Shown here: piece after piece, positions 27,225 through 38,665 of the stretch | Position numbering within the stretch: position 1 is the stretch's first letter | Layout: each line of letters begins with the position of its first letter | DNA from: Octopus sinensis | Lineage: Eukaryota | Assembly (NCBI RefSeq): GCF_006345805.1 | Contig: NC_043011.1 | Coordinates: 930,001-994,000, forward strand | DNA length: 64,000 bases | Direction of reading: 5' to 3' | The notes under the pieces: model-generated | Database searches by the model: none | What the model was told of the DNA's origin: nothing | The model's input: the letters and a program-made list of their open reading frames with translations, nothing else | Program-made: the position numbers and the translations under genes

Positions 27225-28219
27225 AAAAAATCAAAGGTTGACAGAAAAAGCCATCGGAGAAAACTGGAGAAAACTGCAATATAAATTTTGGTGGTATAAA
27301 GTGAAAATGCAAAAAAGCTGATTAAAAATCAAACATGAAAGGGACTTTGTTGGCATTGGCTGTGCACAGCTGTTTCAAAACAGCTGTTAACCATATGAAA
27401 ATTTTCAAATATTTTTACTTTTACACATCTAAAAAAATTTTGTAATGTTGTGGGCATAGAAAACAAAAAAGCTATTACAACTTGGTGGTACCAGATTTTT
27501 GTCAATGTTACCAGTGGTTGAAAGAATTCAAAACATTTTTGCTGTTTACTTTTGTTCCCAAGAACACTGCATGCAACTGATTAAACAACTCTATGAAAAT
27601 GAATTTGGGAAATGTATTTATGGGTTGTACATGGACAGTTTAACCTTTTAAACAAATCAATTCTAACTGTGGAAAAGGATAATTTCAACACAACAGATAT
27701 CAAAATAGAAGTGTAAAATCTGGTATACAAATATAGAAGAAAGTAAAAAAAAAACCCAAAAACAAAGGCATTGATGCGAAAACTTAAAGAATATAGCAAA
27801 AGCATTGTAAAAGTGAAGAAAAGATTTAAATCTTTTATGAAAAATATCTCTCATACTTAGATCCCTGGAAAGAGAACTTTAAACTGGTGGAAGACTTTAT
27901 GTGGTTAAATTCTGTCTTAGCTTGGTTGAGCAGTCTGCAGCTAAAATCAACAAAGGACTGGAAAAAAATTATTATTTGATGAGCTTTTGGGTTTCTAGGA
28001 CAAAAGTTTGGACAACACTGAAGTTTAAGAGATGAGGGATTATGCATATCATTTACATTATTTACATTTGACAGATATTTGTCCTCATCTTGTTTGTTGT
28101 TAACACAACGTTTTGGCTGATATACCCTCCAGCCTTCATCAGGTGTCTTGGGTAAATTTCAAATCTAGGTTCTCATTTCTAAGGTACTTCCTGATATTAT
28201 TATTATTATTATTATTATT

Positions 28220-28775
28220 GAGTAAGAGAGCAGTGCATGTCATCAAAGTGACACTGGGGTAAAATATACGAAGCCCAGTATACCCATCATGACTACCCGT
28301 CTGATAAGGGTACACTAGGCACATGCATCACAACCGTATGTGCCAACATGGTGATCTCATATTAAGCTAAACAGCACATGATCTTGCATGTGGAGCCCAG
28401 TTAGAATTTTCTTCTGGTCGAGTAACCCATCCCACTCAAAAGGTCCCTGAATAAGGGTTGTTTAAGGATATTGAACAAAACACCCATGTTTCCAAGGGGG
28501 AATTATTCAAACCCCAAATAATCACTCTCAACACATGGCTATGATGCTCCCCCACTACTTCTGCTCGTGGTCAGAGATGCACATATCGTCAGCCACTAAG
28601 GGACATGCTCAACTTGTTACGGTCAAACAACTGACAAGCAAATCTGTGGTATTGAGCAGAATATTTGCTGTAGCCCATCTTTTACACCAAGACAAAACAG
28701 TGTACATGATAACACTTCCAATCAGTTAAGATCAGGAGCTATGAGAGCCACTGCCTGGTACTGCATCAGGGAATT
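28220..28775 (-). mobile_element. Unclassified about 555-bp insertion flanked by (ATT)n on both sides
   Basis: Interrupts the (ATT)n tract of the family C left arm; no ORF; the minus strand ends in (AAT)n. Confidence 0.6.
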
Positions 28776-28832
28776 TATTCTTATTATTATCGTTATTATT
28801 ATTATTATTATCAATTATTATTATTAATTATG

Positions 28833-29167
28833 AGCCAGCCTCGCCTGGCCCCCGTGCCGGTGGCATGTAAAAGGCACCATCTGATCGTAGCCGTTGCCAG
28901 CCTCGCCTGGCCCCCGTGCCGGTGGCACGTAAAAAGCACCATCTGACCGTGGCCATTTGCCAGCCTCGTCAAGCACCTGTGCCAGTAGCATGTAAAACGC
29001 AACCACTACACTCACGGAGTGGTTGGCATTAGGAAGCGCATCCAGCCGTAGAAGCATTGCCAGATCATACTGGGCCTGGTGCAGCCTTCTGGCTTCCCAG
29101 ACCCCAGTTGAACCGTCCAACCCATGCTAGCATGGAATGCGGACGCTAAATGATGATGATGATGATG
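28833..29167 (+). mobile_element. SINE family B with three tandem hairpin units
   Basis: GTGCC(G/A)GT(G/A)GCA motifs at about 28854, 28916 and 28980; (GAT)n tail. Confidence 0.88.
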
Positions 29168-30905
29168 AATTAACATTATTCAGGCCACTGTCTGGAATCG
29201 AACTCGTAATCTTGGGGTTAGTAGCCCGTGGTCTTAACAACTATGTCAGGTAGTGGTTAAGACCATGTGCTACTAACCCCAAGATTCTGAGTTCGATTCC
29301 AGGCAGTGACCTGAATAACAACATCATCAAAAAGTACTTTAGGAATGGGAACCCAGATTCGAAATTTCCCCCAAGACACCTGATGAAGGCTGGAGGGTAT
29401 ATCAGCTTAAATGTTATGTTAACAACAAACAAGATGAGGACAAATATCCATCAAATGTAAATAATGAATACAGAACTTGTATGAAAAAAGTAGCAAATCA
29501 AAAAAATCTTGCTACAATGCAATTTTTGTTTTCAAGGTACTTCTCTACCAGATGAGCAAATGTTTTCTGTATTAAATGTGTGATCATATGAGAGGAGTAA
29601 TATGACAAGATACAGCCAGGGTCCATCTGATGACCAATAAACATTCCACTTAACTGGCTCAGAATTTTTTAACATTCAAATGACAATGAATTTCTTAGAA
29701 AAGTTGTTTCAAGTGAAACATTTGAAGGTACTTATGTTTGAATAAAATATTACTTGACAATAAAACATTAATATTAATTTATTTAATCTAATTTAATCAT
29801 TCTTCTACTTGACAATATTTAAAATGCATGTGCTTTCATGTAAAAAAATAGTTGCTTTCTACATCTGTTTCTGTTCCCTGTTTTTCTATACCACTCAATC
29901 AGACCCTCAACTTCTAAGTGATAGGCACATCATCTGTCTCACCAGCTAACATGTATTACTTAAGCACTTGTAAGGATCTGCTTTATATCAGAAGGAAACA
30001 TGCAGTTAAATTAATATATTTACTGTAAAAAAATACCCAGACTTTTTATCTAGTGGATAGAGGAGATTCACTCTCCCTTAATATTCAATTCATATGCTGT
30101 GCCTCCTCTCTTTTGCCTCTGAAAATTATGGAAAGCTTATCCATATTGCAAATAGAAGTCTAAACAAATGTAAAGGGAATTAATTCATTTGAAAAAGAGG
30201 AAGGAAAAGGAAGAGTAGCAAAGTGGGAGTTAATATAGAAGTTAAAGTGGAGGAGAGGAGAAAAGAAGGTGATGCAAGACTGAAGTGTGAGCAAAGTAGG
30301 GAGTTGTGACCATACATTTGGGAATATTAGGGGGGTCAAAGGTCAAAAGAAAGAATTTGCTGGAGCGAGAGAGAGAAGGAAAGCCATCAGCAAAAAGAAG
30401 GAGAGAGAGAAGAAAAGTACATGAAAACAAACAAGTGTAAGAAAGTGAATGAGATAAGTTAAAGACTGGTGAAGTGAAAAGCAAACTATTGGTGAGATAA
30501 TGTGATTAGAAATATTAGACATTGAAAACTAAGACAAGCAAACATCTGACTACTTATATAATATCAATTTAAAAAAAAAAATTAAAACCAATAGCACTAT
30601 ATTTAAATAGATCAAAATGAAAGAACAAAACACATGTGCAAAATATTCATGACAACCTAAAAAGCTTCACTAAAATCCAGCCATCATTATATGGAAATCC
30701 TAATGTAAATTTATTTATCTTGTAAACTGTTGTTTAGTTATGCATAGTTATTAGAGTTGTCTTAGAATTACATATAGGCATGAGACAGTTCATGTATTTA
30801 AATCTATGGAACAACATAACAGTTGGTACTATAACACCGAAAATAAATAAAAATAATGCTTTAAACAATGTATCAGTCCTTATCGACTCTTCATAAACTG
30901 GAAAC

Positions 30906-31331
30906 GGATCTTTTCGGTTTGAACGGTAGTTTTTAACATAATTTCTAGGTAACTAAAAAATTTTAAACTTCGTAAACTGGTAGAATGTGTTTATAAAACA
31001 TCTTTTTCTCTTGGCTTTATTGAGAAAATTCTGTAGTTTGTAAGATATTTGTTGTTTTTTTTCTTCAATTTCTGCAATTTCAACCAATCAATGACCAATC
31101 AATTTCAACCAATCAATTGAGTTAAAAATCATTCTGTGCCGTATGAATATGTCCCTCGTTTAAGAAACAGATTGGGTTTATTTACATTTGTGAAGAAAAA
31201 AGATACTCTTCCTCCAACCCCTAACCCTAAAACAGATTGAAATGCAATAGATCGATTCTAGGGTCATAATTATGGGTGACAATTTCATATGACACCGCTA
31301 GAAAAAACTGCCGTTCAAACCGAAAAGATCC
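30906..31331 (-). mobile_element. 8-bp-TSD MITE, copy 2
   Basis: TIRs present; perfect TSD CTGGAAAC at 30898-30905 and 31332-31339. Confidence 0.92.
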
Positions 31332-31739
31332 CTGGAAACTACTAAAACACATTCAGTTCACCAAATATTCACAAACAACTCACAGTATAGCCGGTATAAA
31401 ATAATACATGCCAAAGGATCTCTTCTTTTTACTGATGGTTTTCCTTCTGCATTCTTTCTTTGCTCTGTTTTATTTGAAAGACTGTTTGGTTATATATACA
31501 AAGTCTTCAATAACCCTTTGACCGCCTAATCTTCCCAAATGAACAACTCTCCACATCGCTCACACTTCAGTGGGTAGAGAAAAGTTGGATCATATTTAGA
31601 TATTTGAAGAGATTGAAGTTTGTGAATTGCTAGGTCTTCCTTTGTTTAACCCAGTTGATAGACATCTAATTATTATAGACATATTCAGGATGATATACTT
31701 ATGACTTCAAATACTTTAGGAAGACATACAGTTGACTCC

Positions 31740-32541
31740 ATAGTTAATGTTTTCATTGCAGAAGCTAGGTGATAGTGGCACATTTTTGTACCCAGTGGGA
31801 CTTCAATTGAGCTTCCCCTGAGAATAAAGAAATTTTGGATCTTTTCGGTTTGAACAGCAGTTTTTTCTAGCGGTGTCATATGAAATTGTCACCCATAATT
31901 ATGACCCTAGATCGATCTATTGCATTTCAATCTCTTTTAGGGTTGGTTAGGGGTGGGGGGAAGGGTATCTTTTTTTTCTTCACAAATGTAAATAAACCCA
32001 ATCTGTTTCTTAAACGAGGGACATATTCATATGGCACAATGCTTTTTTAACTCAATAGACATCACTGATTGGTTGAAATTGCAGAAATTGAAGAAAAAAA
32101 AAACAACAAATATCTTACAAACTATAGAATTTTCTCAATAAACCTAAGAGAAAAAGATGTTTTATAAACACATTCTACCAGTATACGAAGTTTAAAATTT
32201 TTTAGTTACCTAGAAATTATGCTAAAAACTGCCATTCAAACCGAAAAGATCCGAAATTTTCTCTCACTTATACTTTTAAAGTAAGGCTTACCCTCATTAG
32301 ATATGTACTAAGTGCTACCTTCAAGCTGAAATATTTTAATTTTCATATAACCTGTTTTCTGAAAATTAAAATATTTCAGCTTGAAGGTGGCACTTAGTAC
32401 ATATCTAATGATGGTAAGCTTTACTTTAAAAGTATAAGCGAGAGAAAATTTCTTTATTCTCAGGGGGAGCGTAATTAAAGTCCCACCGGGTACAAAAATG
32501 TGCCACTATCACCTAGCCACTGCAATGAAAACATTAACTAT
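31740..32541. mobile_element. Foldback element (about 185-bp arms, 14-bp spacer) interrupted by MITE copy 3
   Basis: Removing 31837-32260 restores arms ATAGTTAATGTTTTCATTGCAG... and ...CTGCAATGAAAACATTAACTAT around the spacer TATAACCTGTTTTC. Confidence 0.88.
31837..32252 (+). mobile_element. 8-bp-TSD MITE, copy 3
   Basis: Perfect TSD GAAATTTT at 31829-31836 and 32253-32260. Confidence 0.92.
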
Positions 32542-33434
32542 TCACCTATAACAACTCATAAAACATTTAAAAATACTAGCAAGTAGCCAGAAATAATGTC
32601 TCCCCAGTGAAGACAATGTAAAGGTGACCTTCAGCTAAATGTAGAAACTGTAACTGAGTCACCAGAGACCATAACAAAAGTTGACAGTATTAACACAATA
32701 TTTCATTCAATTGGTATTAGAAAAAGACTTAGGGCTACATAAATCTGTTTGGAATTAGGAAAGTGATGGAATAAGCAGATACACTACACTGGCTGCCCAG
32801 GCAATGCATCAATGTTTAGGAATTGACCAAGGGATTGTGACTTCTCTGCTACAGAAAGTAATAATTGTAATTGTTTCTTCATTAGCCACAAGGAAGTGGC
32901 TTGGTGTGCCACCAGATCTTACTGACATTGCATTCTACTGTTGCCAGGCTACCTCTGAAGTCCAGGAATACGAAGTTGGAAAAGCAAGGCTCTTAACCAT
33001 GCTTGAAGACTTGAAAGACAAGGTTATAAGACCAATTCAGCCCAAACTGAAGACAGGCAGGAAATGGAAAGTCCAGGGTACAGCAAAGGAAAGCCTTATG
33101 ATCAAAGAAATAATTGGACACACTCAGGCCAATAGGCAGAATACGGAGGACAGTACAGCAGAGCCAACTAGGCCAATGGACGATGTGGGAAGGTGCACTC
33201 CAGAAGTATCTCAGGTGGGATGACTTGTGGCACATGGCACCTCTTGGAATGAGTTTTATCTTCAGATCTGTCTATAATCTCCTGCCTTTGAATATGAACC
33301 TAGTGAAGTGGGGAAAATCAGATAATCCTGAATGCCCACTCTGCTGGCTAGACAGACAATGGAACACATTCTGAGCTCCTGCAGAATAGCACTAGCCCAA
33401 GGAGATACACTTGGAGGCACAATCAACTGCTTAA

Positions 33435-34047
33435 CCCTTTTGATACCAACCTGGCCAAAACCCCCTCTGGCTCTGTAGTACAAATGTCTTGTTTTCATAA
33501 GTTCTGAATTAAAATCTTCCACTAAATCTTAGCCACAATTTATGTTCCCAACACTAGCTGAATGATAACTAAGTTATTTTACTAAATTCTTTTGTTATAT
33601 TTGAAATTAACTGAATGAAACACAGAGCATCTCAAAATAAATATGGTAACGCAGGAGTGGCTGTGTGGTAAGTAGCTTGCTAACCAACCACATGATTCTG
33701 GGTTCAGTCCCACTGCATGGCATCTTGGGCAAGTGTCTTCTGTTATAGCCCCGGGCCGACCAATGCCTTGTGAGTGGATTTGGTAGATGGAAACTGAAAG
33801 AAGCCTGTCGTATATATGTATATATGTATGTGTATTTGTGTGTCTGTGTTTGTCCCCTTAGCATTGCTTGACAACCAATGCTGGTGTATTTACGTCCTCG
33901 TCACTTAGCGGTTCAGCAAAAGAGACCGATAGAATAAGTACTGGGCTTACAAAGAATAAGTCCCGGGGTCGATTTGCTCGATTAAAGGCGGTGCTCCAGC
34001 ATGGCCGCAGTCAAATGACTGAAACAAGTAAAAGAGTAACGAAAGGG
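33435..34047 (+). mobile_element. piggyBac-like MITE (TTAA TSD, CCC termini) carrying a SINE A insertion
   Basis: TTAA|CCCTTTTGATAC ... GTAACGAAAGGG|TTAA; second copy at 63842. Confidence 0.85.
33651..34036 (+). mobile_element. SINE family A
   Basis: Full length; short TSD GTAACG. Confidence 0.9.
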
Positions 34048-35758
34048 TTAAGGAGGTAGTACATGTGATAAGTATGGCAAGAGTTAAAGCAGAACCTTTT
34101 ACAACATTCTGTATAGCAGGAGGCAGCAAATCACGGTCAGGAACAGCTGTAATACCATAATACTACTTCTGTTGTAGCATACTCGCAGGAACGAGTGGAA
34201 GATGTATGACCTGTTCAATATTTGTTCTTTATGTAAGAACGTTCTGTCAAGACTTTCAATAAATATTTTTGAAAACTTTATCAAGGCAAAATTAATCACA
34301 TAGATATATTAATTACTCAAGTTTGTGTTATAGATGGCTATGTTAATGAAATGCCAGAAAATTAACCGAGTTTATGTCCTGTTGCTGAGTAGTGCTACGT
34401 TTATTGTTCAGGTACTTAAATTTCAATGTCACTGTCAGTCTAGTGATATTCAGGAACTAACAATGATAGGAGACCTAACAATGTGGTTGTATTTTCAACT
34501 GGGAATCAACCAAAAAATTTATGTTTTGTATGTTTTGTATGGAAGTGGCTATAGAACTTTATAAATGTAAATATCTTAAAGTGAATAACCTGAGAGTTCA
34601 TGAAACTGTCTGTTGAATTCTTATAGAAATAAATCTAAAATAGTTTTTTTTAAAAATGCTAAGAAAAGTACAACCAATAAAGACTATCCTACAATAGTGA
34701 ATGGCTGACTCAATCAGTTTCTGGAAAGTAGCTGGTGTTTTGGCAGTTTATAGCATGTTAGCCTATTGTCTTCAAAAACATTCTTATTTTCTATGCTCAC
34801 CTAGTACTCAGTAGATAATGCATGCTTTTATAGTTCATGTGAGTAAGCAGTGCTGTAGTACTGGTTAGTGGTTTACTGGCTGTGCTGACTTCTATTTCTG
34901 CTGTACCCAAAATTAAGTGTAATTGACCAGTATTCTACATAGGAAGTGATTCAAATTTCATATATGAAACATTACAGAAACAAAAAAAAGTTTATGCTTT
35001 AATATGTTTTGATGTTTTGTATGTTAGAATTTTTTGTTAGAATTATTTGTTGTTGATGTTTTCTTGATTAATTTCTTTTGAAGATCTGAGCTCATAAAAT
35101 ATGCATTTGGCCCTTTTATAAATTTAGAAGACTGATGAATTCCATTAATTTTGGAACAATTAATGCAGTTGAAGTTGGAGATAATTTATCCACTAAATGA
35201 TTCTTTGTAGAATTTTCACTTTTATATTGTTCTCCATGATCTTTGGTTGAGCAGACCAATAATCTAGAACATTCTAACCATAGACATCCTGTCTGTTGCA
35301 CATTTAGGACTACAGTAACCAATGTAATCTTCCTCTTTAAGTTAATAGGGTGTGTGATTGAAAGAATTTTGTTGCCATTTATGGCATGTCAAGTAACTAA
35401 CTGAGAAGACCATCATTGCTGTTATGGAGTCGGTTTAAAAATTCTAAAATGTGAAATCAAATACTATTATTAATTAAAATAAGCACTTCCCTGTGCATTG
35501 AGTTATAGCTTATCTCTGGTTTTAGAAGTGCTTATTGGACACTAGAAAAAAATTCCCCAGGAGAGAATGCAAGCATATAGTGTGGTTAAAATGCTTACTT
35601 CAGAATTATATGGTTTTAGGTTTCACCTCATAGCAGAGTGCCTTGTCTTTTACCATACAACCTTGGGTTGACAAACAAGTTTTTAACGGAATTTTAGTTA
35701 GTTAGTTAGTTAATTTGGCTCAAAAGCAAATAGCAAGGCCATGTAGGGGGACATGGAG

Positions 35759-38665
35759 TTAAGTACAGGGTGGTGTCCATGTAAAGAGTTCAGGCCACTT
35801 GAGGTCCAGGGAGGCTTTGAACAAAGCGGTCGTCGGCATCTTCACCATCTCGTCTGGCAGCTTGTTCCACGGATCCGCAACCCGGACGGAGAAAGCTCCT
35901 CTCCTTCGATTGAGATGAAATCGTCGCAGGTAGAGCTTTTCGGAATGACCCCGCAGCCGACGCTCCGGAGCAGGAGTGAAGAACAGCTCTTTCGAGAGGT
36001 TACACTTCCCGCTTATGATGTTATGGGCGAGAATGAGATCACCACGGCGGCAGCGTTTTTCAAGAGAACAAAGGTCGAGCGTCCTCAGCCTTTCTTCGTA
36101 GGACAAATTTTTGAGACCATGAACCATGCGGGTAGCCAGCTTCTGGACTCTTTCGAGGTGCTGTATGTCTTTGAGGAGATAAGGAGAAGAGGCTTGAATC
36201 CCATACTCCAATATGGGTCTCACCAGCGTGACATAGAGTGGCAGGAATATGGCTGCTGTGAGCATTCCGAATGACTGTCGAATCAAAAACAGAATTCCGC
36301 GCGCTTTGTTGGCAGCATGGACGCACTGGGCCGAAGGCGAAAAGGAGGAATCCACCAAGATACCCAGGTCCTTTACCTGATCGGTCCTCTCCAGCAGCAG
36401 ACGACCCGGCTTGAAATCAAGTTGAGTTGGAGGAGTAGAGCCGACAGGCAGATGACAGCACTTTGACACGTTCAGACACAGGTCCCAATCGTTAGACCAC
36501 TTCCAAATTTGGTGGAGGCATCGACGAAGATCCTCTATACTACCGCGAGGAGCGGCCAGTTTGATATCGTCGGCAAATAGAAGGGTGTGTTGCGTGAGGT
36601 CGTCGGGCAAGTCATTTATGAAGACTAAGAACAACAAGGGCCCAAGCACTGAACCTTGAGGCACACCACTGCTCGCACTGGAGACGTCGGACCGCGAACC
36701 ATTAACTTGAACTTGGAAGGAGCGATCTGAGAGGAAGGCACCAACCCATCGTACAATATCCGGATGGAAACTATATGCTTGAAGCTTGACAAGTAGTAGG
36801 CGGTGGTTTACCGAGTCAAAAGCTTTGGCAAAGTCCAATAAAACGATGTCAACAGCATCACTATCATCGAGGATGCGCGTCACCAATTCTTCCATTACTA
36901 GTAAGTTGGTCAAGCATGATCTCTTCGGCACGAAGCCGTGTTGGGAATCAGTGATCGAGGCTGTGTTTAGGAGGTGGAGCATCATACTTTTCTTAAGGAT
37001 GGTTTCGAACATCTTGCTGATTATTGATGTAAGGGAAACCGGTCGGTAGTTAAGCGGGTCTTCGCGGCTCCCTTTCTTGAAAATTGGGCAGATTATCGCT
37101 GTTCTCCAGTCTGCAGGTATAACACCCGTCGCCAATGACATATTGAATAGTCGTGTTAAGGGCTCGCAGATGACCGGAGCCAACGCTTTGATAACCCGTG
37201 GGTGTATGCCGTCAGGGCCGTGACCCTTGTTGACATCGAGGCCTTGAATAACACGTTTGACTTGGTCCCGCGTGATGATCAATCGAAGCATTGGAGGTAC
37301 CGATCTATCAAATGGAGGGGGTTCACGACCATCATCTTGTTTGAAAATAGTTGAAAAAGCCTCGGCAAATAATTGACTCTGTTGATAAGGGTCCTCAATC
37401 GATACGCCTGTTGAGTCTACCAACGTTGCAATCTAGTTGTTCAAGCGGGAATTCCGCTGGACATGGGCAAAGAAGGTTTTTGGATTGCTACTGGCATTTG
37501 CCGCGATTTTGTATTCATAACTGAAGCGTTCTTTCTTTTCAATTTTCACGGCTCGGTCTCGTTGAGTTTTGTACACCTCAAAAGCTGCAGTCGAATCCAG
37601 ATTTTTGAATTCAGCCCAAGCAATATCTCTGAGTCGACGTTCTCGTTTAACCTTCTTCGTCACCCAGGGCTTGTGTTTCTTCCTCTTGGGAAGTCCAACG
37701 GGAACTGCCTGGTCAGTCAAACAGATTACATATGCTTTGAGGGATGACCATAGTTCGTCAACTGAGGACAACGTCATCAGGGAACGCCAGTCCAGAAGCG
37801 CGGAAGCCTCGGTTAGAATTTCAAGATTAATTGCAGAGAAGACTCTACGTGGCAGCGAAGTAATCGTGGGCGTGGAAAAAGTTGTGTGCATGACGAACTT
37901 CAGGACCGCATGATCACTCTTGGCAAGAGGGGCGCACACAGATACGTCTGACACTGATCTTGGATAGCGGGAGAATACCAGATCTAGAATAGATGGCTGC
38001 TGCCCAGACCGATGCCTTGTCGGATATTCAACATGTTGCGAGAGAAAACAATCTTCAGCCACGTCAAGAAGGGCCTGGCCGAACCGGGAAGATGTTGTAC
38101 AAATTGATGCGGGCCAATCGATCGTGGGAGCGTTGAAGTCACCTAGTACCAAGCAGTCATGCGAAGCTGAAACGAATCTTATCGCTTCGAGTAGATGAGC
38201 ATCGTCCTGGGGGTCGGCTAGAGGCGGCCTGTAGACAGCCAACACGGGCAGGCAAAACTCAGATAGGCTCAGCTTGCAATAGACGGCATCGAATTTGGTT
38301 GTAGGTTGAGCATTTGTGGGTAGAATACCACAGGACGGTTTGTGCTCAGACTTAACATACACAGCAACACCTCCACCTCGCCTTTTTCCTCTGTCACATC
38401 TGAAAAGGACATAGCCCTGCAGGTGGATCTCTGAGTCCTTTACTGCTGGAGTCAGCCAAGTCTCGGTGATAGCTATCACATCAGGGGAGTCGCGTAGGGC
38501 CAGTGTAAATAGTTCACTGAACTTTGGGAATAAGGAGCACGAGTTGGTGTAGACGATGCTGAGCTGTGAAGTCTGAGGGGCGGGAGTTGGGGAACAAGCA
38601 GAATAAAGGGCATCAGAGATAGCATCGTTGACGGGGGTATCAACTTCACTTCGATTTGCCCTCAC
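35759..38665 (-). CDS. CR1-like ORF2 (APE endonuclease plus reverse transcriptase), about 968 codons with one in-frame TAG at 37435-37433
   Basis: ORFs 37433..38665 and 35759..37423 share a frame (AAC TAG ATT GCA ACG TTG). Motifs: YTNSCSL, IAITETW, LGDFN, SDH, GPDGI, NYRPVSLTS, LDFAKAFDSV, GVPQGSVLGP, FADD, RGHSEKL. Confidence 0.9.

Larger units (their letters stand above)
28025..29480. mobile_element. Palindromic head-to-head tRNA-SINE dimer with hammerhead-motif arms (family C, copy 1), left arm split by two nested insertions
   Basis: Left tail 28025-28218, inserts 28220-29167, inverted tRNA heads 29179-29243 and 29251-29315, right tail to about 29480. Same organisation as 53176-53618. Confidence 0.85.
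32790..34170 (+). mobile_element. HERO-like (R2 superfamily) non-LTR fragment, interrupted at 33435-34047
   Basis: RKWLGVP, KARLLTMLED, KTGRKWK, QLGQWTMWE, FIFRSVYNLLP..NLVKWGKSDNPECPLC, EHILSSCRIALAQGRYTWRHNQLL. The frame resumes as KEVVHVIS after the TTAA insertion. Confidence 0.8.

Noticed and set aside
28833-29000. CRISPR-like array of hairpin repeats
   Set aside because: The spacers are homologous to each other, the context is a eukaryotic SINE, and there are no cas genes.
29251-29315. Functional tRNA genes at SINE heads (also 53385, 26932, 33651)
   Set aside because: Acceptor and anticodon stems are imperfect and each is fused to a SINE body.
35753-36274. Plus-strand ORFs antisense to the LINEs (also 1607-3502 and 37463-37913)
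   Set aside because: Shadow ORFs of GC-rich coding sequence with no motifs.
37433-37435. Programmed readthrough of the CR1 TAG
   Set aside because: The downstream context ATTGCA is not a known readthrough motif. A point mutation or base-call error is simpler.
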